Positions 38,735 to 50,517 of a stretch of 64,000 nt of DNA are shown here, one piece after another. The notes beneath the pieces were generated by a model. That model did no database searches, had not been told where the DNA came from, and was given only the letters and a program-made list of their open reading frames with translations. Made by a program: the position numbers and the translations under genes. Every line of letters starts with the position of its first letter. Positions within the stretch are counted from its first letter, which is position 1. Origin of the DNA: Antechinus flavipes (lineage: Eukaryota). The DNA lies in the NCBI RefSeq assembly GCF_016432865.1, contig NC_067400.1, positions 77,314,001 through 77,378,000 on the forward strand, in the 5' to 3' direction.

Positions 38735-39034
38735 TGGTTTGGGGATTCTTAAAACAATGGTTGAATATTTTGAACTGAGTTAGAAGGGAGATTGTCTCTT
38801 GTGGGTCCCCTTCCATCTCTGACATGTCAAGTTAGGTATCCACTTCTGAGTTTCCATTTTCCCATCCAGCTAGTTGGGGTAATAGTATTTGACCTGTTAT
38901 AAGCCTCTGAGAATCAGCGTAATATCCCATGAGAAGACTGAGAATGTTAAGCCTTGTTGATAAAGAGACTGTCCTGGTTCCAACCATGGAATGCCTTCTT
39001 GTAATTTCTTCCTTCACCTTCTGCCAGCAAGTAG

Positions 39035-39084
39035 GCTCCTGATGTTCTTGGCTTCTGATGGCTGTTTCTTTCCCTTCTTTGCAG
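39035..39084 (+). promoter_or_regulatory. KLF7: 3' splice site of KLF7 intron 1 (branch point, polypyrimidine tract, CAG)
   Basis: AG-free zone from 39035 to 39082; CTGAT branch-point candidates with A at 39058 and 39042; tract tttctttcccttcttt, then gCAG. Confidence 0.9.
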
Positions 39085-39712
39085 ACATGCCTCGAATTGG
39101 AACGCTACTTGCAGACAGAGCCCAGGAGGATTTCAGAAACTTTTGGTGAGGATTTGGACTGCTTCCTTCACGCCACTCCCCACCCGAGCATTGAGGAAAG
39201 CTTCCGGCGCCTGGATCCCCTCCTGCTCCCCATGGAAGCATCCACGTGTGAGAAAAGCTCTGCAGTGGACATCCTGCTCTCCCGGGACAAGCTGCTATCT
39301 GAGACCTGCCTCAGCCTGCAGCCTCCGAGTTCCTCCTTAGACAGCTACACAGCAGTCAACCAGGCCCAGCTCAATGCAGTGACCTCATTAACGCCTCCTT
39401 CCTCCCCCGAGCTCAGCCGCCATTTGGTCAAAACTTCACAGACTCTCTCAGCTGTAGATGGCACGGTGACTTTGAAACTGGTGGCCAAGAAGGCCTCGCT
39501 TAGCTCAGTAAAGGTGGGAGGGGTAGCGGCCGCAGCCGCAGTGGCATCTGCTGGGGCCATAAAGAGTGGACAAAGTGACAGTGAACAAGGAGGAATGGGG
39601 GCTGACGCCTCCCCAGAAAACAAGAAGAGGGTTCACCGTTGTCAGTTTAACGGGTGCCGGAAGGTTTATACAAAAAGCTCCCACTTAAAGGCCCACCAGA
39701 GGACTCACACAG
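39085..39712 (+). CDS. KLF7: Kruppel-like factor 7, internal coding exon 2 (partial CDS)
   Basis: Translation TCLELERYLQTEPRRISETFGEDLDCFLH...LTPPSSPELSRHLVKTSQTLSAVDGTVTLKLVAKK...ENKKRVHRCQFNGCRKVYTKSSHLKAHQRTHT matches KLF7 from about residue 35 onward. It includes C2H2 finger 1 (C-X4-C-X12-H-X3-H). It is bounded by tttgcAG at 39083-39084 and GT at 39713-39714, with phase 0 start and phase 1 end (G of the TGEKP linker). The 628-nt length is one codon shorter than the recalled human exon, in the Ala-rich tract. Confidence 0.97.
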
Positions 39713-39720
39713 GTAGTGGT
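39710..39720 (+). promoter_or_regulatory. KLF7: 5' splice site of KLF7 intron 2 (CAG|GTAGTG, non-consensus at +4/+5/+6)
   Basis: Homology to KLF7 stops at HTG. GT at 39713-39714 lies at the typical phase-1 position after finger 1 in KLF genes. Confidence 0.9.
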
Positions 39721-39914
39721 ACAAGTAGGACACATGTGTTTTCTCTCCTTTTTCCCCCTTTAGTTCACAGGGGAAGGGACCCACTACTCCTCTAAAGCTT
39801 CTTTTACTCTATAGGCTACTTCTGAGGATATGGAGGTGGGAGGTGGGAGGTGAGGGAAAGGAACGGCTGGTTTTTTGGTATCAGATTTCAAGATGTCATA
39901 TGTTCTAGAGGTGA

Positions 39915-40562
39915 CGTTAGGCTTGGTATTAGGAAGCATTTCCTAAAATTAGGGCTGTCCTAAAGTACATAGAGGTACTAATTATCCCTTCCCAAGAGAT
40001 ACCCAGGTGACTTTTTTAAGATTGTAGAAGGGTTGTCTTTTGGATATAGGTTGGACCACTAGAAGGTCTCTGAGGTCATTAGGGGGTTGCTATTTACTGA
40101 CTATGGAGTAGGTGAATATCCCTTCCCTAGAGATACCTGAGTGATGTTTTTCAAGATTGTAAAAGGGATGTCTTTTGAATGTAGGTTGGACCACTAGAAG
40201 GTCTCTGAGGTGATTTAGGGGGTTGCTGTCCACTGACTGTGGAGTACCTTTATAAATTTGATAAATATCCCTTTCCTAGAGATACCTGAGTGATTTTTTT
40301 TTTTTCAAGATTGTAAAATGGTTGTAGGATGAGGCTCTATGTTAGGAAGCATTTCCTAAAATTAGGGTTTTCCTAAAGTATAACTGTGCTGCCACCAAAG
40401 ATATTGAACATACCTTCCCTAGAGATATCTAAATGACTTCCCCCCCCCCAAGATTGTAAGAGGAATGTCTTTTGGATATAGGTTGGACCACTAGAAGGTT
40501 TCTGAGGTCATTTAGGGGGTTGCTGTTCACTGACAGTGAAGTACCTTTATAAATTTGGTGAA
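39915..40562 (+). repeat. Complex tandem array derived from an L3/CR1 3' end
   Basis: Module A (ttaggaagcatttcctaaaattaggg..tcctaaagta) at 39929 and 40342. Module B with core ggttggaccactagaaggt at 40049, 40184 and 40481, plus a partial B at about 40265-40325. Confidence 0.85.
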
Positions 40563-43500
40563 GTTAATTCTTTAGTGGGATTTAGGTAATCTACCCTTTC
40601 CACAGAAGAAAGCAGCAGTAATCTAGTTATGTAGCCCACTGTAGGCATTAGCCTGCCATCATTCTTGTGATCTCTTTGTGTATTTAGGCTTTTGTCATTA
40701 ATTCATGTGTATGTGATTGTAGAACTTTGGATATTGTGTTTGGTTTGGTTTTATTTTGTTTATATATATATATTTTGGTAGGGGGCATCTTTCCATGAAT
40801 TCACTGTTAAAAGAGACCTAGGGTTTACTAGTCCTAGTTCCTCCAGCAATTCTGATTTTTATCACTCACCAGCAGCAGGGGAGTTTCAGAGTTCATTAGA
40901 TGTGATCATTCAGTAATTAATTGGCATTTCCTCTTTTGCATTGTTCTCTGGTTCTTGCTTTTCTGGGAGATGGTAAGATAGCTTTATAATGAGCTTGTTA
41001 CTACAAAATTGCTAGCATGTGCCTGCATTGCAACGTGTGTGGTATGGAGGGGACTGTATGCTTCTTTAAGACCTCCTTGATATAGAAAACGTGAAGCCAG
41101 ATCAGTCTTTTAAGCCAAACAGCATCATGGAGTTAAACTAATTTAGGGAGGTCTACCCAGAATCAGAGTGCATTTATTCCTGTAAAGAAAATGTTGAAAT
41201 CTTCTAGTGAGTATATTTTCATGGATCTTGTAATCAGTACCGGTGGAGGTGATGATACAGTGATGAGTGATTTAGGCAATCATTTGTAGTCTTTGTGATT
41301 GAGATAGTCACAATTAAGACAGTATGAGGGTTAGGAACAAGATAAACTCTATGGCAAAATTGGGTGGTCAACTCAGAGGAAGTTGAAGTCAGTGAGTGTT
41401 GGTCATTTTTCTTGAGAGCATTTACTGGTTCATGGACATAATCTCAAGGAAATGGCTCTGGGATTTATAGAACCTATCCCAACCAAATGACCTTTTATTT
41501 GAAATTAGTCCCTTTCAGAGCTTTTAGAAAGGAAAGAACATGGCAAATTGTAAATAAGTTCTAAAGAATAAGATAAGGCACAATACAAGCAAAATACAAC
41601 CATAATGTTTGACCTCTAAATCTTTATCACAGGAAGCTGGAAATTGGGATGAGCCACATCTGATATTGTTTCTTTGCCAGCAAAGGACTAAGACATATGC
41701 CCCTCTAAGTCAAAATCTTAATTTCCCATATGGCTCACGGTTGGTGTAAATCTTCTCGTGAGGCATACTTTTATAATGCCGTAGGCTCATCAGAATAGTG
41801 ACCTTCATATATTGCAATTGAGTGGTTGTTTTAGTCACTAGATCTCAGGGTCTGACTTTGTTTCTGTTTAAACCAAACCTATCTCTGTTGATTCTTAATC
41901 TCTTTCTGTTCTGAGCTATCTCTTGTTCTTATAGCACCTTTATCCTTAAAAGTGGGTTTAATTTTTTTTAGACTTTAGAGTCAATGGTTTTTAAAATAAT
42001 GAGGAGGCATGGAATTGTTAGCTAACTTGGCTTCCTAAGCTATCTTATCTTGCTTCTTCTTCAATTATTTGAAGAAGGCAGAAAGTTGGAGGAATAAGTT
42101 GGAAAAGGGTATAGGACACTTTCCATATATGAGCAGAATCTGTGATTATGGACCTAACTCCAGTAAAATCCAGTTGCTCTGAATATCAGTCCTGTCAGAT
42201 CATGTCTTCAAGAAAACTTTGGAAAGTTAAGATCCTTTTCTCACCCATCAGTGATCTTAAACAAACAAATACATATTCCAGAGGTTCAGAATTTACTTAC
42301 CTATCTTGATACTTTGAATCAGGAGCCACATCCCACAGTAGGAGACTGAAATAAGGAAGTTTTTCCTATAATGGCAATTCAGTCTAGTGCAAACTAAGGA
42401 TTCTAGGTATTTACTGAGGCTAGAAATGCCTTTTGGAACATACACAACAAGATGGCAGGATTGCCCACACCCAGGTAAAATCTTGTCTGCTCAAATAAAG
42501 TTGTTCTCTCTCCCCACCCAAACACCTCCCACAATTTGTCCCCTGAAAAATAAAAACTGAGTGGGAGAAGGTGGCACAACTAGACTGGCCAATGAAAATA
42601 AATGATAGAGTGATCTCTAATTGATATGTATTTGATATATATTAATGGTCCTTTGAAGTTGTTTGTGGTCCTCAGTGATATTGATGGCTTTATTCTCTGA
42701 AGAAAAGAGAAAGTTATCACCTTGTGTCCTGGAGAAACAGTTTGCCTGTGAAAACTTCTTCAGGGGAAAAAAATCTTTAGAAGGAAAGATAGGTGTCTGA
42801 GAGCAAAGAGAGAGAATTAATTCAGACTAAATGGATGGGAATGCAAAGTATTTATTTGGATTTGGTGTGAATGGGGCACAGGGGGAACTGAAAAAAAGGT
42901 GGTAATTTATGTGGTGTAGATGAACCAAGAATAATGGAGGAAGTGTGAACGATGGAATTAAATTAAATCCAAACATAGAAGGGGAAAAAAGAGTAAAACT
43001 TGGAGGGGAGAGGGAAAAAGGGGGCTTCTGGAGAGAGAAAAAAAATCTGCTGATATAAGTGAGAAATACAGGGAGAGTTGCTGACCAAATGTTTGGAGGA
43101 GGTTAAAAAAGCTGAGCAGGATAGATGGGTTCTGGTTGGGTGGAGGTTTAATCCAGCCACTCTAACCCAGGGCTGCCATAAATTCAATATTGACAATTCC
43201 AGTCTCTACCTCCCTTGAAAGTATAGGTAGAGAGGGCCATCCCTGAAGAGGAGAGGTTGGGGGATGGTAAAAAAAAGTTTATGATTGGTTGCTAGAAGTA
43301 CATAGAAGTATGGCAAATACTTTGAGTCTTGAGAACCAGGAAGTAGTTGGAATAAATAAAGACATGTGAGGCTTTCCCTGGCCTCTGTACAAACAAAGGG
43401 TTCCAGTAAATTGCCAATATTGCTGATTTGCTTACCTTGGAGATTTAAGAGCTATTTGTTTTCATCTCCATAAAGATCGTGTTCAGTACCTTGGCAGGAA

Positions 43501-46500
43501 TGTCTCTGTGTGGCAAGCTACTTCTAGGTTGATTCCTTCAAACTCTCTGTCCTGGAGGGACCAGACAATAAAACTAAAAGATTTTTAAAGGTAGGAAGAT
43601 GTCCAAACTAATGGTCTGGTCATTAATACTAGTTGCCCATGGAAGATGGGAAAGGGAAGAGGTGAAGGAGCCAGGTCAGAAATGCAACAGTAGAGGTAAA
43701 ATAATAAGTTCTCGGTAAAATAAAGTCCATAAAATGGAGGCATGATGTATTTCCTTGTCTCCAACATAAAACATACATGCATACATAAGTACACACATAC
43801 AACCTTTAAAACTCTAATGCTTGTATATCCTAGGAGCTGTTCTTTCTGTTCTCCTTTCATTACAGTTTTGTTAAGGGGGTGTGAAACAAGCATTACTTCT
43901 AGTTATAGTTTCACTAAAATTATTTTTGCTTATTTCCAGTATCCTATCTCACCTCGAAGTGATGTTTTAGAATGTCGTTTTCCCCTCACTGAAAATGAAA
44001 GGCAAATTTGCTTTTTCTCAAAAGCTTCATTAAATTAGGAAGAAAAAATTATTAAAATCAGTATTTTATATATTATCAGTTTAAACATAATTTGACAATT
44101 CATATTAATGTAGGAGCAATGTATATATGATATAGACTAATTAAGAGTTCAAGAGATCCTGGGAAGGTCCTTTCATTCCATCTCCCACCTCTAAAACCTA
44201 AGCTCTCATCAGTAGATGGATGCATTTTACTTGAATTTATGTATTGAAGGAAAACATTTTAAAACATGGAAACCATAGCAATTGGACCATAAACAATAAC
44301 AGGAAAATAGTTTTTTTAGTCACAGGCCTTTAAAGATGATAGGATTATAGATTTAAAACTAGAAGAAATCTCAGAGGCCATCCAGTCTAAATTCTTTTTT
44401 TAAACATGAGAAATTTGACGTACATGGAATTTGTGATTTGCCCAGGCTCACATGGGTAATAGGCATCAGAGGTGGGCTTTGAAGCCAGAGCTTGAAGTTT
44501 TTTATAGCTATGTCTATACATTCCACAATATACAGCGGCAGCATGGAAAATGGAAATCTGCCAATTATTCTAAAACCTAATCTTGGTAAATCATTTCAAC
44601 CTCTTCCCAAATTAAGCTTTTTTTAATAGGATACCTTAACAAAAAACTTAAATTAACTTTAATAACTTCAAGACAAATCCAGAGGCCACAAGTTCTCTAT
44701 AAAAATTAAAGACATTTGAGATAATAAGAAGTATATTTATCATATTATTAGGGGTAATTATTTTGTCATTTTATTGGCCTTTACCTCTTTGCTTCAATTA
44801 AGTTTACTTAGAACTAACCATTTGCCTTTTTATAGACCAGTTCTGTGGCTACCAGTCTAGCTAATGTGGGCCAAGACCATTTGAGGAATGAGGCTTGTTC
44901 CAGATCAGATCACAGTATCTAATACGGATTAGGGCTCTTGAGCTCATGTAGAAACCAAAAACAGAATCTTTGGGTAATTCTCTTTGCTACATACTTCAGT
45001 GTGGAACACTGCTAATAAAGGGATGCTAATAATCTAGAAAGAGAGAAATGTTAAGTAGATTTTTTTTTCCCCCTTAGCTAAGTGGTAAGAGAATTTGAGT
45101 TTGTAGTTTAAAGCCAAAGGGAGTAAATGGTAGCCACTTTATTTGTATTCCAAAAGAAGTATTGGGAAAGGTCTTAAAAATCCCCAGTTGTCAAAAGCAG
45201 TAATTAATTTAAGGAGATTACAGAAATATCATATTCTCTTTTCCTGTCTCTACCTTTTGGGTTGTTGCTGTTTCTGCTAAGAATTATCTTGAATTTATAT
45301 AGGGGATTTCCTGTAAAATCCCCAAGCAATTTTACATTAAAAATGACATCATTTTTCTATATTCTGTTCCTAAAAATAAATAACCACTTTTGTCTGTAGC
45401 CAAAGCTTAGAAAACTGAGGCCCAGTCCGAGAAGTTAAATTTTGATCCAGGATTTGGGAAATTTGTGGCAGTTTAGCTTGAATTCAGTTCTCCTGACTAT
45501 AGAACATCTCATTTCTTATTTACTCAGTGGGTTTGGTCTTTTCTAGGTAGGAAAGATGAAAGAAGGAAAGGAAAGTATGGATCAAGGAAGAGACAGTCTA
45601 TGAAAGTGAGAGAGTAAATGGTTATAAATCTTTGCAGTTGGATGTAAGAGACAGTATAGATGAAAATGTGTGAGCTGGTGATAGAAAATACCTGATGGAG
45701 TAATAGAATGCACCTCAGCTAGAAGAAGGACTTGTGATGAAATGCTCCATTTCTCCTGTAGAACTGGGTGGTGTCTGATGTTATGCTTGTCTTTCAAAAT
45801 GATGCCATGGGTGATAATACCCTTATTTATAGTTATGGTGGATTTATTTCAGTATCAGAAAAATCAATCACCAGGGGAAAAATGAAATACTTCAATATGA
45901 TATGTCTGGCGAATATCTGGCACTTCAACTTCCTGGACTACAGAAAGGGAACAATTGAGTGTATACAATGGATAAATTTAAGATGTTAAGGAACATTTAA
46001 TATGCTAACACAAGGCTGAGCTGTTAATGAGGTTCATTAATTAAGTTTATCCATGTGGTAAGAGAAACTCATTAAAACCTGATTACAGAAGAAAAAGTTG
46101 AATAAAGTTAAATAGTCAATCCAAAAAAGCCCCATAAAAGTTTAATAGTAAGATTCTAAGATTTGATCTCAGTATGTTATTTAAAGACATAGAAGCAAGG
46201 ATATGGATTAAAGTGCCTCACTGAATTAGATGACATGATTTTTCAAGTTAGAGTCATTTTTCGTTAGCAAGCATGTTGAAAAAACTGAACCACATGATAT
46301 TGGACAGACTAACATAAATGGTACACATAGACAAAAGAGAACTTTTTTTTTTAGCATTGTAACATCTACTAGATATTGGCATTAGGGTAAACTCACTCCG
46401 GAAGTATTATGCATAATTGGTAGTCATAAAGTTAATAAATATATATTATGAAAGGGATGGAGGAGAAAGGAAAAAAAATATGGTTAATGGGTAATGAGTA

Positions 46501-47966
46501 ATCACCAATTAAGATCTATCAAGAGTTTATTATAATAAACTGAATAGCACTGAATAATAAACTGAATTAGCACTGAATAGTTCCTGTCCTCAAAGACCTT
46601 ATATTTTAATGTAAAGAAGATTAAATAGGTCCAAGCTGGGTATTTAATAATGCTATTAAAGTTGAAATCTGATCTCAAAATAGGATCTAGCTTAACGATG
46701 TGGGGTTCCTGAAGGGCAGTGAAAAATGATAGAAGGCAGGGTGAAAGCTTCTTCATGTACAAAAGATTAAAAAGATTAGGTTGGCTTTATTTGAAATAGA
46801 GAAGAGAGAGATTCTCTGAAAGAGAGTTTCAAGTCAAAGAATGGTATCAGAAGGCAGCCTTATTCTTTAACAAGACAACAATAGTACATTATATAAAAAC
46901 TATTCATTGCAGTGTGGCAATCATTATGATAATAATGTTTACCCTATACATTTTGCTTGGGATGTTTTCTGAGGATAGGAGGAAAGTAAAATGAGTTATA
47001 GTTTGGAAAGAGAAGGAAGGGGGTAATGGGTTCAAATTATTGCAGGTAGACATCAGTATTATTCCCATAGCTCCTGAAGTTGAAATAATAATAAAAAGAG
47101 GAATGATTTTATTTGGCTAAAGCAGATGAAGCTTGAGCATGTCCTAAATGATAAAAGAAAATCTTTGTCACTTTAAAATTTTGATGTGACTCACCATCTT
47201 AAAAGTTAATAAATACAAAAAGATATGTGTAAAATATTCTGAAACACCTCAAAGAATCTTTAGTATAGTCTAAAAAAAAATACTTAGGTAATTCAATTAA
47301 TGAAACCGTTGGGGACAAAGTTGGCCTTCTTTAATAGTCTTTATAAATTAAGCATTCCAGTTGAAATGCTAGTGTACAAAACTAAAAGCAACCAAAATAA
47401 TTGTTTATTTCTTCAAATGTAAAATGAGGAGACATGACTAAATGACCTCTAAGATCCCTTCTTCCCTCAGCTCTTATAAAAGTCTGTGCCTATGATTCCA
47501 CCTCCCCATTTCTATAGGCATGTGCACAGCCTAAGTTAAATAGGCCAAATCCTTGGCAAAATTGTTGAATCTAAAAAATTTATCTTCCTAGTTCTAGCTT
47601 CCTCCTTCTGTATCCATTTTTCACTCCTGTCACAACTTTTCTTCATCTACTTCTTGTCTTTTCCCTCTATTAAAACTGAAAGGACATAGTATTGGCCATT
47701 TATAGGATTTTAGATTAGAACTAGAGGAGACTTTAAAGGTCATCTAATTGTATCCCATCCTTTCACACAAGTAGGAAAGTTAGTATGATGCAGAACCACT
47801 GCCCCATATACTTTCTGAATATTTACATGTTGGTGTCACTGTAACTTTAATTGAATATTTGTATTTCAATATTAGACTATGAAAAGGATTTGTTGTGGTT
47901 TAAGAGAATTTCTACAATTACCAAACAGGTCAGGAAAGGTGTGATTTGGGGTAGAAAAGCATGTGC

Positions 47967-47983
47967 TTCTCTCTCTCTCCCTT

Positions 47984-48040
<57 letters not shown>
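47967..48040. repeat. (CT)n microsatellite
   Basis: Direct reading. Confidence 0.98.
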
Positions 48041-48043
<3 letters not shown>

Positions 48044-49185
48044 CTCTGTCTCTTTGTCTCCTATCTCTCCCTTCTTCTTTTCTCCCCACCCAAGATATAA
48101 TTGAGGATCAAATGAAATATTTGTAAAGCATTTAACATAGTGACTGACATATAGTAGGCACTTAATAAATGCCCTATTCTATTATTCTTTTAGCATATCC
48201 CTTTTCCCCCCCACTCTTCTGTGTCCTCATTTTCTTTCTACCCATTTACCCCCTTTCCCTCTCTAAACAAAGGTCAGAGAGGAAGCTGACCCCCTCCCTC
48301 TCTTTGCAGTCTCAAAATTCCAAGACTTTTTTTTTGCTTTGTAACACATTTGATACTATTTTAACAAACATTTTTATACTTTTATATAGTAATGACCCCT
48401 TTTTGATGTCCTGAAATACATCCATTGCCTTCTGTATCATTTCTATTCTAATAATGATATTTCTATAAAGCCTTTCCATTGTAATACATTTTCTTGATTA
48501 ATCTCATAATTTACATTCCATATTTAAAATACGGAAGGTGTTAAAATAATGGCAGCACAGCATATCTGAAAAGTCTTAGTCCAAATTGTTTAAGTTTTAG
48601 TAACTTAAAATTAATTTAAGACTTTGGGGATATGCTAATTTTTTTTCACAAACAACATAGTTTTTAGAGGCTTAAATATATCTAAATAATAAAAGCCGCA
48701 ATTGTTTACTAGACCAAATAAAGAGAATAATAGATACCAGTCTGTTTTCCATAAGGGAAAACAAAAAGACCTATTACCATCTGTGAGAGACATTTTTCTT
48801 CAGGGTTTAATTTTGCCCAGTTATGTGTGTTATTGTTTAACTTTTGCCTCTGAAACATCTAGCCTATGTTGCTTTTCAGACATAGGATATTTTACTCAAA
48901 AGCTCAATGGATTGTTCCTATATAGAAACTAATATTAAGTGAGAGCTGTTCCCCAGACCTCAGGAGTCTAATGCATAGATTATCATATAAAATGTGCAAT
49001 TGAATTTGTTCAGAAAAATATTATACAGGTTGGCTTCCCTGTGTGGAATAGGGGGAATGTCTCTCTATGTAGCATAGGAAGAAGAAACCCTGAGTTTAGG
49101 CAGAAGAACTGGCTTTGAATCCCACATGACATTTCTTAATTTCTTAATTGTGGATCAAGACACTCAATCACTCTTACCCTCAGTT

Positions 49186-49357
49186 ATTTTTTTAAATTTA
49201 TTTTTAATTAATTAATTTTTGCTGAAGCAATTGGGGTTAAGTGACTTGCACAGGGTCACACAGCTAGGAGGTGTTAAGTGTCTGAGGCCAGATTTGAACT
49301 CAGGTTCTCCTGACTTTTGGGGCTGGTGCTCTAACCACTATGCTACCCAGCTGCTCC
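49186..49357 (-). mobile_element. WSINE1-type marsupial SINE inserted into a MIR
   Basis: Perfect TSD ttaccctcagtt at 49174-49185 and 49358-49369. Confidence 0.92.
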
Positions 49358-50366
49358 TTACCCTCAGTTTTTTTAAAAATCTGGAAAGCAAAGAGAGAAG
49401 GATTATATTCCCAATCTCATGGATAGTTGTAGAAATAGTGCTTTGTAAATGGTAAAATGCTACAAAAATATGAACTATATAATACAAACTGACTTGTCGA
49501 TCTGAAATCACAGTATTTCCCATGGAAATATGCTGAATATTTTAGAATATCTATAATTTGTTTACTCTTATGTCACAATTGTTGCCAAGTTATGCATTTA
49601 TGAGTTTTTTGTATTCATTCTCTTTACATCTCCCAACATAATGCCACCCCAGTGAATTAATTACTTTAGTGATAGAGATCTAACCTGGTGGTCTTTTGCA
49701 ACTGAATATAACAGAATTTGGTGTCTACTCTTCTCAAGGTTTTACCTGTGCCAAGGAAACAATGAGTTCTCAGTGCATTGAGCTTTTGAACTGCTGAATC
49801 TTGTACTTATGTTTAAATAAATACATAGAACCAAAACGTAACTAGGTTTCCTTTCTGCATAGAAATAATAAAATATTATGTAGTTTTGTAGAGAACTTCA
49901 GATGGAAATTTCAGAAAATCATTGTGTACAAATTCAAGGGCATAGAGCTTTCAATTTAAATATAGGATGTGTTTAAAATGGCAGGATATGTTTTTAATAT
50001 CCTTTTCCTTGACCAGATATAAATACAAACATTCAAGGAAGATGCCACAGGCTATTTAGACATTTACACAGCACATGATTGGCTGTTGTCTATGTATGCT
50101 GGGGAGGGGTAAAGTTTTTTTTTTTTTTTTAAAGGTATCTGAAGGCTTACAACTAAACTGAATTTGAAACTAAATACTGCCATTATGGAAGACTTTTTTT
50201 TCTTTTTCTTTCTTCTTCTTTTTTTTTTTTAGTTCTTCCAATCTCTCTGGGGACAAAATAATGGCAGCTTGAAGCAGTAGAGAAACAGTAATTAGGGCAA
50301 ATAGTAATGCTGTGTATGATTGAGGAAAATGTGAAGAAGGGAGGGAGAAAATGCAACAGACAGACT

Positions 50367-50517
50367 NNNNNNNNNNNNNNNNNNNNNNNNNNNNNNNNNN
50401 NNNNNNNNNNNNNNNNNNNNNNNNNNNNNNNNNNNNNNNNNNNNNNNNNNNNNNNNNNNNNNNNNNNNNNNNNNNNNNNNNNNNNNNNNNNNNNNNNNNN
50501 NNNNNNNNNNNNNNNNN
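50367..50517. other. Assembly gap (N)
   Basis: Run of N. Confidence 1.

Larger units (their letters stand above)
1..39084 (+). other. KLF7: KLF7 intron 1 (partial; canonical exon 1 lies upstream of the window)
   Basis: No MDVLASYSIF-type exon and no CpG island seen upstream of exon 2 in the window. Mammalian KLF7 intron 1 is tens of kb. Confidence 0.8.

Noticed and set aside
39058-39084. ORF-track start MAVSFPSLQ as the KLF7 N-terminus
   Set aside because: It is the branch-point/polypyrimidine tract of the acceptor. Homology begins at 39085.
38590-49357. Inverted SINE pair flanking exon 2 that could drive circRNA formation
   Set aside because: The nearest recognisable WSINE1 copies on either side are in the same orientation.
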